In this document: piece after piece, positions 38,524-46,660 of the stretch
Position numbering within the stretch: the first letter of the stretch is position 1
Layout of the letters: the number at the start of each line of letters is the position of its first letter
NCBI GenBank assembly: GCA_963742735.1
Contig: CAVUMN010000004.1
Span: forward strand, 192,001 to 256,000
Direction: 5' to 3'
Origin: an uncultured Actinomycetes bacterium
GTDB lineage: Bacteria > Actinomycetota > UBA4738 > JBBDTT01
DNA: 64,000 bases
Notes under the pieces: generated by a model
The model's input: the letters and a program-made list of their open reading frames with translations, nothing else
The model's database searches: none
What the model was told of the DNA's origin: nothing
Made by a program: the position numbers and the translations under genes

Positions 38524-40067
38524 AGCAGCACGGCCCGGTGTCGAACGCTGCCGACGATCATGGTGGCCACCTCCACCGAGTCCGCCACCACCCGAACCGG
38601 CGCGAACGCGATCCGCTCGAACACCGTCAGCGACTCGCGCGAGTTCCGAAGCAGGAACGCCACGTACGGAAGCACGAACACGAGCGGAACCCACCACCAG
38701 CCGGGAGCGGCAGCCACGAGAGCGCTCGAGGAGATCAGCGCCGTCAGGAACAGCAGGTACCAGGCGTGGTGCCGCGTCCAGAAATGCCCGAGGAAGAACC
38801 CGTTGCGCACCTCGGGCGTCCGCTTCAGCGTGCGGTGGACCTCCGCCCACTGCGCAAAGCGGCCCGGGTAGTCACGAAGCCTCCCGGGGTGGACGGCGTG
38901 ATACACGACGGCGTCCCGAGCGAACGCGCTCGCCCACCCGAGCCCCTTCACCTTCCACGCCAGCTCGGTGTCCTCGGCCGCGGGGACCGGGATGTCCTCG
39001 GCGAACCCGCCCACCGCCTCCAGCGCCTCCCGCCGGACGAACAGGTTGCACGTCTCGTACAGGCCGCGCTCCCATTCGATCCGCTGGCTCGCCGCGAGCC
39101 CGCGCAGCTCGGCGATCTGGCGCGGCTCGGGGTCCGTCCGACCCTGGACGATCGCGAGCCGATCGCGACCCTCGAACGCCGCCAGCCCCGACTCGAGCCA
39201 CTCCGGCGCGGGCGCGCAGTCGTCGTCGGTGAACGCCACGATCCCCGACCGCGCGGCCCGCCACCCGGCGTTGCGGCCTCGGGCCGGCCCGCCGGGCGGC
39301 TCCCGCCGGAGCACCGCGGTCCGGAACGCCGCGCGGCCGGCCAGCCGTCGCAGGACCGCCGGCGTGTCGTCCGTCGAGCCGTTGTCCACGATCACCAGCT
39401 CGAACCGATCCGGCGGCAGCGACTGCCGTCCGAGCGCCTCGAACAGCCGGGGGAGCATTCCCGCGCGGTCCTTCGTGGAGCACACCACGGACACCAGCCG
39501 GCGCCGGGGCCAGGCCTCCGCCTCCCCGGCCACCTCGGCGCCCGAGGGGACCGTGGCGCCCTCGGCGACCCGCGCCCGCCGGTCCACCACGGTCCGGGCG
39601 CCGTCCTCCGCCAGCACCGCGGCGTGCGCCCCGAGCACCGCGTGCGGGTGCACCTCGACCTCCGACTGGCCGTCCCGGGCCAGGACCGCCCCGGTCGCCC
39701 CGAGTGACGCGCGCTCCCGGAGCACGACGGCCCCCCCGGACTCCACGACCGACCCCGGCCCGAGCGTCACGCCGTCGCCCAGGTACAGCGGGCCGGCGCC
39801 GACCCGCAGCAGCGTCCCCGCGCCGATCGTCAGCCGGTCGCCCAGGTATACCCGGGCGGTCGCCCCGGGCTCGACCTCGATGCGCACGCCGCGCTCGATC
39901 CGCCGCAGCGGCCGCCGGCGGCGCCACGACAGGTCGAACGGGTTCGTGCGGCGCACGAACACCCGGGCCCGTCCCCCGGCCCGGCGGGCGGCGAAGCGGA
40001 GACGCCACACGAACCGGAACGTCTGGAAGCGGCCGCGCGCCTTGGCGAAGGCCTCGTAGAGACTCAC
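38520..40067 (-). CDS. LbH beta-helix - GT2 glycosyltransferase fusion with C-terminal TM helices
   Basis: N-terminal hexapeptide repeats; SVVCSTKDR, VDNGSTD, GPARGRN, AFTDDDC, AEDTEL. Confidence 0.85.
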   Translation of the reverse strand: MSLYEAFAKARGRFQTFRFVWRLRFAARRAGGRARVFVRRTNPFDLSWRRRRPLRRIERGVRIEVEPGATARVYLGDRLTIGAGTLLRVGAGPLYLGDGVTLGPGSVVESGGAVVLRERASLGATGAVLARDGQSEVEVHPHAVLGAHAAVLAEDGARTVVDRRARVAEGATVPSGAEVAGEAEAWPRRRLVSVVCSTKDRAGMLPRLFEALGRQSLPPDRFELVIVDNGSTDDTPAVLRRLAGRAAFRTAVLRREPPGGPARGRNAGWRAARSGIVAFTDDDCAPAPEWLESGLAAFEGRDRLAIVQGRTDPEPRQIAELRGLAASQRIEWERGLYETCNLFVRREALEAVGGFAEDIPVPAAEDTELAWKVKGLGWASAFARDAVVYHAVHPGRLRDYPGRFAQWAEVHRTLKRTPEVRNGFFLGHFWTRHHAWYLLFLTALISSSALVAAAPGWWWVPLVFVLPYVAFLLRNSRESLTVFERIAFAPVRVVADSVEVATMIVGSVRHRAVLL

Positions 40068-40076
40068 GAGCGCGTA

Positions 40077-41513
40077 TTGTCGCCGACCGACGTGCCACCG
40101 AACGTCCTGCTGGTCGTGTTCGACACCGCGCGCGCCGACGCGTTCGGTCCCTACGGCGCGCCCGCCACCGCCACGCCGGCGGTTGACGACCTGGCCCGCC
40201 GGGGCACCACGATGCCGATGGCCATCGCCACCTCGTCGTGGACCATGCCCTCCCACGCGTCGATGTTCACCGGCCTCGCGCCGAGGGCGTTCGGCCTCCG
40301 CCGGGGCGCATGGACGCCCCAGACCCACCAGCACAGCCTGCAGGCGCTCTTCGAGCGCCACACCGATCGCGTGCTGGCCGAGGTCCTCCGCCGGGCGGGC
40401 TACGACACCCGTGGGGTCAGCGCGAACGGCTGGATCGCCACCCACAATGGGTTCGCGACGGGATTCGATTCGTTCACGGACGTCCGCAGCGAACGGGACC
40501 GTCGCGTCGACCGGCTGGGCGTCAAGCTCGGCTGGTGGACGAACCCGGTTGACGACGGCGCCGCCGCCGCCCTGAAGGTCGTCCGCGGATGGCTGCGCGA
40601 CGGGCCGGCGAAGCCCTTCTTCTGGTTCGTGAACCTCATGGAGTGCCACGCGCCGTACTACCCGCCGAGGCCGTACAACGACCTCGGCCCGGTCGGCCGG
40701 TGGAAGGCCATCGGCGACTTCCAGAAGTATCAGTCGTGGCTGGCACGGCTGCGTGTGGCCGTGGGCGAAGTGGACGTCCCACCCGAGGCCGAACGGCGGA
40801 TGCGCCATCTGTACGCGCGGTCGATCCGGTGGATGGACGACTGGCTGGCCCGCGTGCTGGAGCAGCTCGACCGCCGGGGCGGGCTCGAGGACACCCTCGT
40901 CATCGTGACCTCCGACCACGGCGAGAACCTCGGCGACGGCCACCTGATGGGCCACGTGCTCTCCCTGGACCAGCGATTGATCCGCGTGCCGGTTATCACC
41001 GCGGGCCCGGGTGCCTTCGAACCGAAGCCGCTCTGGTCGCACACCTCGCTCCCCGCCGCGATTGCGAACGCGATCGGCCTGGCGAACCATCCCTGGGGCG
41101 AGGACCCCCCCGCCGACCTCGCGTTCTCGACCTACGAGGGCCTCATCCAGAAGCCGGCCAAGGAGACGCTCGCCGAGGCCCAGGCCGCCGGTTTCCCCGA
41201 GGAGGCGATCCGTCGGATCGACGTCCCCCTCGCCAGCGTCACCGACGGCCGCTTCAAGCTCGTGGCCACCGGCGCCGTCGACGAGGCCGTCACCGAACGT
41301 CTCTACGACCTCGTGGCCGACCCGATGGAGACCACCGACGTCGGCGCCAGGCACGCCGCCAGGACCGCCGAGCTCCGCGCCGCCCTCCAGCGCGCCGACG
41401 CCATCTGGGCCGCCCACGCCGCCGACCTCCCCAACCCCTACGCCCAACCCGCCCCCACGAACGCCGAGTCCGCCGAGATCGAAGAACACCTCAAGGCGCT
41501 GGGGTACCTCTAG
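40077..41513 (+). CDS. Sulfatase-like hydrolase/transferase with Thr in the nucleophile position
   Basis: PNVLLVVFDTARAD, WTMPSHASMFTG, FVNLMECHAPY, TSDHGE, LYDLVADPME, C-terminal LKALGYL; start uncertain (TTG 40077 or GTG 40092). Confidence 0.87.
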   Translation: MSPTDVPPNVLLVVFDTARADAFGPYGAPATATPAVDDLARRGTTMPMAIATSSWTMPSHASMFTGLAPRAFGLRRGAWTPQTHQHSLQALFERHTDRVLAEVLRRAGYDTRGVSANGWIATHNGFATGFDSFTDVRSERDRRVDRLGVKLGWWTNPVDDGAAAALKVVRGWLRDGPAKPFFWFVNLMECHAPYYPPRPYNDLGPVGRWKAIGDFQKYQSWLARLRVAVGEVDVPPEAERRMRHLYARSIRWMDDWLARVLEQLDRRGGLEDTLVIVTSDHGENLGDGHLMGHVLSLDQRLIRVPVITAGPGAFEPKPLWSHTSLPAAIANAIGLANHPWGEDPPADLAFSTYEGLIQKPAKETLAEAQAAGFPEEAIRRIDVPLASVTDGRFKLVATGAVDEAVTERLYDLVADPMETTDVGARHAARTAELRAALQRADAIWAAHAADLPNPYAQPAPTNAESAEIEEHLKALGYL

Positions 41514-41534
41514 CGCGCGCGTGGGAAGCCGGCG

Positions 41535-43509
41535 CTACTCCTCGTCTCCGGACGTGGCGAGGGTCCGGATCTGCTCGACGATCTCGGCGTTGGCGAGCGT
41601 GGTGACGTCGCCGAGCGTGCGGCCTTCGGCGACGTCACGAAGCAGGCGGCGCATGATCTTGCCGCTGCGGGTCTTGGGGAGGTCGTCGGTGAACACGATG
41701 GAGTGCGGACGGGCGATCTTGCCGATCACCTTGGCGACGTGCTCGCGGAGCTCCGCGGCGACCTCGTCGCTGGGCTCCTGGCTCGCCCTTGAGCGTGACG
41801 TAGGCGACGATCGCCTGGCCGACGTCGGCGTCGGTCTTGCCGACCACCGCGGCCTCGGCCACGCGCTCGTTGTCCACCAGCGCCGACTCGACCTCGAACG
41901 TCGAGATCCGGTGGCCGGCCACGTTCATCACGTCGTCGATGCGCCCGAGCAGCCAGTAGTAGCCCTCCTCGTCGCGCTTGCAGCCGTCGCCGGCCAGGTA
42001 CGTCTCCACCCCGTAGCGCGAGAAGTACGTGTCCACGTACCGGTCCGGGTCCCCGTAGATCGTGCGGAACATCGAGGGCCACGGCCGCTTCAGCACCAGG
42101 TAGCCGCCGCCGCCCAGCGGCACGGACTGCCCCTTCTCGTCGTACACGTCGGCCTCGATGCCGGGGAACGGCCGGGTGGCCGAGCCCGGCTTGAGCTTCG
42201 TGATCCCCGGCAGCGGTGTGATCAGGATCGATCGCCGGTCTCGGTCTGCCACCACGTGTCCACCACCGGGCAGCGCTCGCCGCCGATGTACTTCCAGTAC
42301 CAGACCCACGCCTCGGGGTTGATCGGCTCGCCCACCGAGCCCAGCAGCCGCAGCGAGGACAGGTCGTGCTTCTGCGGGTGCTCGGGGCCCCACCGCATGA
42401 ACGCCCGGATGGCGGTCGGCGCGGTGTAGAGGATGGTCGCCCGGTACTTCTCGGCGATCGCCCACAGGCGGTCCTTGTCGGGCCAGTCCGGCGCGCCCTC
42501 GTACAGGATCCCGGTCGTGTGGTTGGCCAGCGGGCCGTACACGATGTAGCTGTGCCCGGTGACCCACCCGATGTCCGCGGCGCACCAGTACACGTCGTCG
42601 TCGCGGATGTCGAAGATCATCCGGTGCGTGGCGGCGACGCCGGTCAGGTAGCCGCCGGTCGTGTGCACGATCCCCTTCGGCTTCCCCGTCGTCCCGGACG
42701 TGTACAGGATGTAGAGCATGTCCTCGGAGTCCATCGGCTCCGCCGGGCACTCTGCCGGCAGACCCTCCACCAGCGTCGTGCCACCACACGTCGCGTCCCT
42801 CGGTGAACGCCACGTCCTCGCCGGTCCGCTCGAGCACCACCACGTGCTCGATGGACGGCGTCCCCTCGACCGCGGCGTCCGCATTCGCCTTCAGCGGCAC
42901 CACGGCCCCCCGCCGGTAGGACCCGTCCATCGTGATGAGCACCTTCGCCTCGGCGTCGTTGATCCGGTCCTTCAGGGCCTCGGCGGAGAATCCGCCGAAC
43001 ACGACGGAGTGCGGCGCTCCGATCCGCGCGCACGCCAGCATGGCCACGGGCAGCTCGGGGACCATGCCCATGTAGATGGCGACCCGGTCGCCCTTGCCGA
43101 CCCCGAGCGCCTTCAGCGCGTTCGCGAACCGGCAGACCTCCTCGTACAGCTCGCGGTACGTGAGCGTGCGCTCCTCGCCGGGCTCGCCCTCCCAGTGGTA
43201 GGCGACCTTCTCGCCGCCTCCGGCGCTCAGGTGGCGGTCCAGGCAGTTGTGGGCCACGTTCAGCTTCCCCCCCAGGAACCACTTCACCCAGGGCGGGTTC
43301 CACTCGCTGACCGTGCTCCAGCGCTCGAACCAGTCCAGCCGCTCCGCCTGCTCGGCCCAGAACGCCTCCGGGTCGGCGGCGGCGTGCTCGTAGATCGAGT
43401 CGTCACGCACGACGGCGCGCTCACGGAACGCGGGGGGCGGCTCGAACACGCGCTCCTCGGACAGCAGCGCCTCGATGGAGGCGTCCTGGAGGGGGTCGCG
43501 CTCGCTCAC
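41535..43509 (-). CDS. acs: Acetyl-CoA synthetase, three apparent frameshifts (about 42774, 42232, 41783)
   Basis: [81 protein letters not shown]; TAGGAT -10 7 nt before GTG 43509. Confidence 0.93.
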
Positions 43510-43703
43510 GGACGCAATCCTAGTTGGGGCGTGCGCGGCCCGTTCAAGACCGGACTCATCCCTTTCGCCCGGCTCGACCGTTTCCCCAACACGGGTGCAC
43601 GATGTGCTTGCGCTCGCACGCGTGCGTGGGACACTTGTGCGTGAGGCCGCTCGTAGAGCGGCTTCGTGCATGTGCAGGCCACGAGGGGAAGGGAGGTGCT
43701 GAA

Positions 43704-43859
43704 GTGGCGATGTACGAGGGGTATTGCGTCAAGGACAAGGCGAAGGTCCAGTTCGAGGGCGAGGTCAAGGAGCTCAAGAACGGGCGCCGCGCCGCGCAGG
43801 GCAAGTGTCCGAACTGCGGCACGACGGTCACCCGCATACTGGGTAAGGCCGACGCCTAA
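43704..43859 (+). CDS. Small basic zinc-ribbon-like protein (DUF5679 family)
   Basis: YCVKDKAK...[24 protein letters not shown]; GGAGG SD before GTG 43704. Confidence 0.8.
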   Translation: MAMYEGYCVKDKAKVQFEGEVKELKNGRRAAQGKCPNCGTTVTRILGKADA

Positions 43860-43940
43860 GCACGAATTAGGCTCGGATACTCAGGCGTTCCGTGCCGGAC
43901 GCAGCGTCGCGTTCGGGTGCCCGCGGCGTGCTCGCGCCGG

Positions 43941-44402
43941 CTACGGCCGGCGGGTGAGCTCGGCGGGGGTGAAGATGGGTCTGGCGATGCGCCGATGGCG
44001 CTCCGCCAGCGCAGAGATCGTGGTGCGCTCGAACACCTGGCGCACCGCGGAGTAGACGTCCCCCCACAGCTCCTGCAGTCCGCACTTCGAGTCCTGCAGG
44101 CAGGTGTGGTCCTCGGGGTCCAGGCAGTACATCGGGTAGTAGGCGCCCTCCATCACGTCCACGACCTGCGCGACCGTGATCTCGGCCGGGTCGCGGGCGA
44201 GCTTGCATCCGCCGCCGGCGCCGCGGTGGCTCTCCACGAGCCCCGCCTTCACCAGCGCGGCCAGCTGCTGCTCCAGGAACCGGAGGGGGATCTGCTGGCG
44301 TTGGGCGATCTCGCGCGCGGGGATCATGCCGTCGTCCCGGCGCTGGGCCAGCTCGATCATGGCCCGGACCGCGTACTCGGTCCGCTGTGAGACCTTCAGC
44401 AT
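43941..44402 (-). CDS. Rrf2 family transcriptional regulator with three Cys (Fe-S type)
   Basis: YAVRAMIELA, IAQRQQIPLRFLEQ, SHRGAGGG, LARDPAEIT, C-x7-C-x5-C; GGAGGAG SD. Confidence 0.93.
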   Translation of the reverse strand: MLKVSQRTEYAVRAMIELAQRRDDGMIPAREIAQRQQIPLRFLEQQLAALVKAGLVESHRGAGGGCKLARDPAEITVAQVVDVMEGAYYPMYCLDPEDHTCLQDSKCGLQELWGDVYSAVRQVFERTTISALAERHRRIARPIFTPAELTRRP

Positions 44403-44464
44403 ACGAAGCGCTCCTCCGGAGAAATCCTACGCCCCCCGTGAAGGGGCGCGGCCGCGACTTGGCG

Positions 44465-44489
44465 AAATTCTACCTGCGTCATAGGATTT
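44465..44489. promoter_or_regulatory. AT-rich inverted repeat, probable Rrf2 operator (extra half-site at 44422-44429)
   Basis: AAATTCTA-N9-TAGGATTT (7/8 symmetric) between divergent rrf2 and DUF4395 genes; AAATCCTA half-site nearer rrf2. Confidence 0.6.
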
Positions 44490-44517
44490 GCATCTGCAAC
44501 GTCCGGGAGGTGAGGGA

Positions 44518-44972
44518 ATGCCCGAGGGTCGGCCCCGCATGGTGGATCCCCGCCAGCCTCGATTCGGACAGTTCCTGACCGGGCTCACCGCGCTCGTCGC
44601 GTTCGTCTTCCAGCTCCCGGCCCTGTTCATCGCGCTGACGTTGATCGCGGGCTTCGGACAGCTCTCACCCCGGACCAACCTCTGGCGCTACGCGTACCTG
44701 GGGTTCAAGCGGGTCGCGAACCTCGGTCCGCCCGCCGAGCTCGAGGACGCCGCACCCCCCGCTTCGCGATGTCGCTCGCGTTCGTGTTCTTCGCCGCCGC
44801 GAGCGTCCTGTACTTCGTGCTCGAGCTCGAGACGGCGGCCTGGGCCATCGACGTGATGATCATCGGCCTGGGGTTCCTCGGCGCCGCCGGGTTCTGCGTG
44901 GGGTGCGAGGTCTACCTGCTCGGCAAGCGGCTCCTGGCCCGCGGCGAGACCGGCGTCCGCGCCGAGGCCTGA
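44518..44972 (+). CDS. DUF4395 family membrane protein, frameshift at the C-run near 44760
   Basis: VDPRQPRFGQ, ELEDAAPP, then shifted frame with hydrophobic helices and GFCVGCEVY. Confidence 0.8.
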
Positions 44973-44976
44973 GCCG

Positions 44977-45363
44977 GTGGTCCTTCGTCTGCTCATCGCC
45001 CTCGTCGTCGTCGGCGCCGGGTTCGGGGCGTGGCGCCTGCTGAAGCGCCCTCCCACGGTGCCGCGGCTGGACCTGGCCGACCTCGGCATCCCGGGACCGG
45101 CGATCGTGCAGTTCACCACCCCCTACTGCTCGCCGTGCAAGACGAACGCCCCGGTCCTGGAGCGATTCGCCCGCGAGGCCGACGTTCCGTACGCGCAGGT
45201 GGACCTGGGCGCACGACCCGAGCTGGCGGGGCGCTACGGGATCCGGACGGTGCCCACGATCGTGGTGGCCGACGGCGGCGGGGCGGTCGTCGGGACGTGG
45301 ACCGAGCTGCCGGCGAACGGGGAGATCCGTCAGGCCGCGTTGAGCGTCTCGGGGCGCGCCTAG
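44977..45363 (+). CDS. Membrane-anchored thioredoxin-family protein (ThiX-like)
   Basis: N-terminal TM, VQFTTPYCSPC, YGIRTVPT. Confidence 0.85.
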   Translation: MVLRLLIALVVVGAGFGAWRLLKRPPTVPRLDLADLGIPGPAIVQFTTPYCSPCKTNAPVLERFAREADVPYAQVDLGARPELAGRYGIRTVPTIVVADGGGAVVGTWTELPANGEIRQAALSVSGRA

Positions 45364-45408
45364 CCTCAGGCCGCGCCGGGGAGCGAGAGGGTCTGGAGGA
45401 AGGAGGCG

Positions 45409-46632
45409 CTACCGGCCGAGCTGGTCGGCGAACTCCTCGAGGGAGGGCGAGACGGTCATCGTCACGTCCACCCGCTCCTCGAGCGCCTCGATCGTCTTGA
45501 ACCCCACCCCGGTGATGTAGGCCACCACGCGCTCGTCCCCCCGGATCGCGCCGGCCTCCCGGAGCTTCTTCAGCGTGCCGACGGTGACCCCGCCCGCCGT
45601 CTCGGCGAACAGGCCCTCGGTGCGGGCAAGCAGCGTGATCGAGTCCACGATCTCCTCGTCGCTCACGTCGTCGATGAGCCCGCCGGTCTCGCGCGCGGTC
45701 TGCATGGCGTAGTAGCCGTCCGCCGGGTTCCCGATCGCGAGGGACTTCGCGATCGTGTCGGGCTTCACGGGCCGGACGTGGTCGGCCCCCTCCTTGAACG
45801 CGGCCGCGACCGGTGAGCATCCGGTGGCCTGCGCCCCCGAGATGCGAACGTCCCGGTCCTCGACGAGCCCGAGCTCCACCAGCTCGCGGAACCCCCGGTG
45901 GATCTTGGTGAGGAGCGCACCGCTGGCGATGGGCACCACCACGTGGTCGGGCAGCTGCCACCCCAGCTGCTCGGCGACCTCGAACCCGAGGGTCTTCGAG
46001 CCCTCCGCGTAGTACGGCCGCACGTTGACGTTCACGAACGCCCACGGGTACGCGTCGGCGACCTCCGAGCACAACCGGTTCACGTCGTCGTAGTTGCCCT
46101 TGATCGCCACGACGTTGGCCCCGAACGCCGCCGTGGCGACGACCTTCGCCCGCTCCAGGTCGGCGGGGATGAAGATGAACGCCTCGATCCCGCTCGCGGC
46201 CGCGTAGGCCGCGGTGGCGTTCGCAAGGTTTCCCGTGGACGCGCACGCCACGGTCTCGAACCCGAACTCGCGGGCGACGGTGACCGCCACGGTGACCACG
46301 CGGTCCTTGAACGACCCGGTGGGGTTCACCGTGTCGTCCTTCAGCCACAGCTCGTCGATCCCCAGCGCCTCGCCCAGGCGCCGGGCCCGGCGCAGCGGGG
46401 TGAACCCCGCGCCGAGGTCGACGGTCGGACCCTCGTTCGAGGGCAGGAGGTCCCGGTAGCGCCACAGGCTTGCGGGGCCGGCCTCGACCGCCGCCCGGGT
46501 CATGGTCGAGCGCGCCTTGTCGAGGTCGTACTCGACCTCGAGCGGCCCGAAGCAGTACTCGCAGATCGAGAGCGGCTCGGCGGGGTAGCGCCGGCTGCAC
46601 TCGCGACAACGAAGGCCGATGACCGAGCTCAT
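45409..46632 (-). CDS. thrC: Threonine synthase family PLP enzyme
   Basis: CREC...CEYCFGPL, WRYRDLLP, NPTGSFKDR (PLP Lys), ASTGNLA, EGSKTL, TIAKSLAIGNP. Confidence 0.88.
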   Translation of the reverse strand: MSSVIGLRCRECSRRYPAEPLSICEYCFGPLEVEYDLDKARSTMTRAAVEAGPASLWRYRDLLPSNEGPTVDLGAGFTPLRRARRLGEALGIDELWLKDDTVNPTGSFKDRVVTVAVTVAREFGFETVACASTGNLANATAAYAAASGIEAFIFIPADLERAKVVATAAFGANVVAIKGNYDDVNRLCSEVADAYPWAFVNVNVRPYYAEGSKTLGFEVAEQLGWQLPDHVVVPIASGALLTKIHRGFRELVELGLVEDRDVRISGAQATGCSPVAAAFKEGADHVRPVKPDTIAKSLAIGNPADGYYAMQTARETGGLIDDVSDEEIVDSITLLARTEGLFAETAGGVTVGTLKKLREAGAIRGDERVVAYITGVGFKTIEALEERVDVTMTVSPSLEEFADQLGR

Positions 46633-46660
46633 GGGGAACGACGAGGCTACCATCGCGGAC

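Noticed and set aside
41535-43509. acs as a pseudogene or programmed frameshift
   Set aside because: All motifs are intact, no slippery-site pattern was seen, and similar indels are scattered across the window, so sequencing error is more likely.
43885-43925. Weak hairpin between convergent DUF5679 and rrf2 genes
   Set aside because: Short imperfect stem with no U tract; not distinguishable from background GC pairing.
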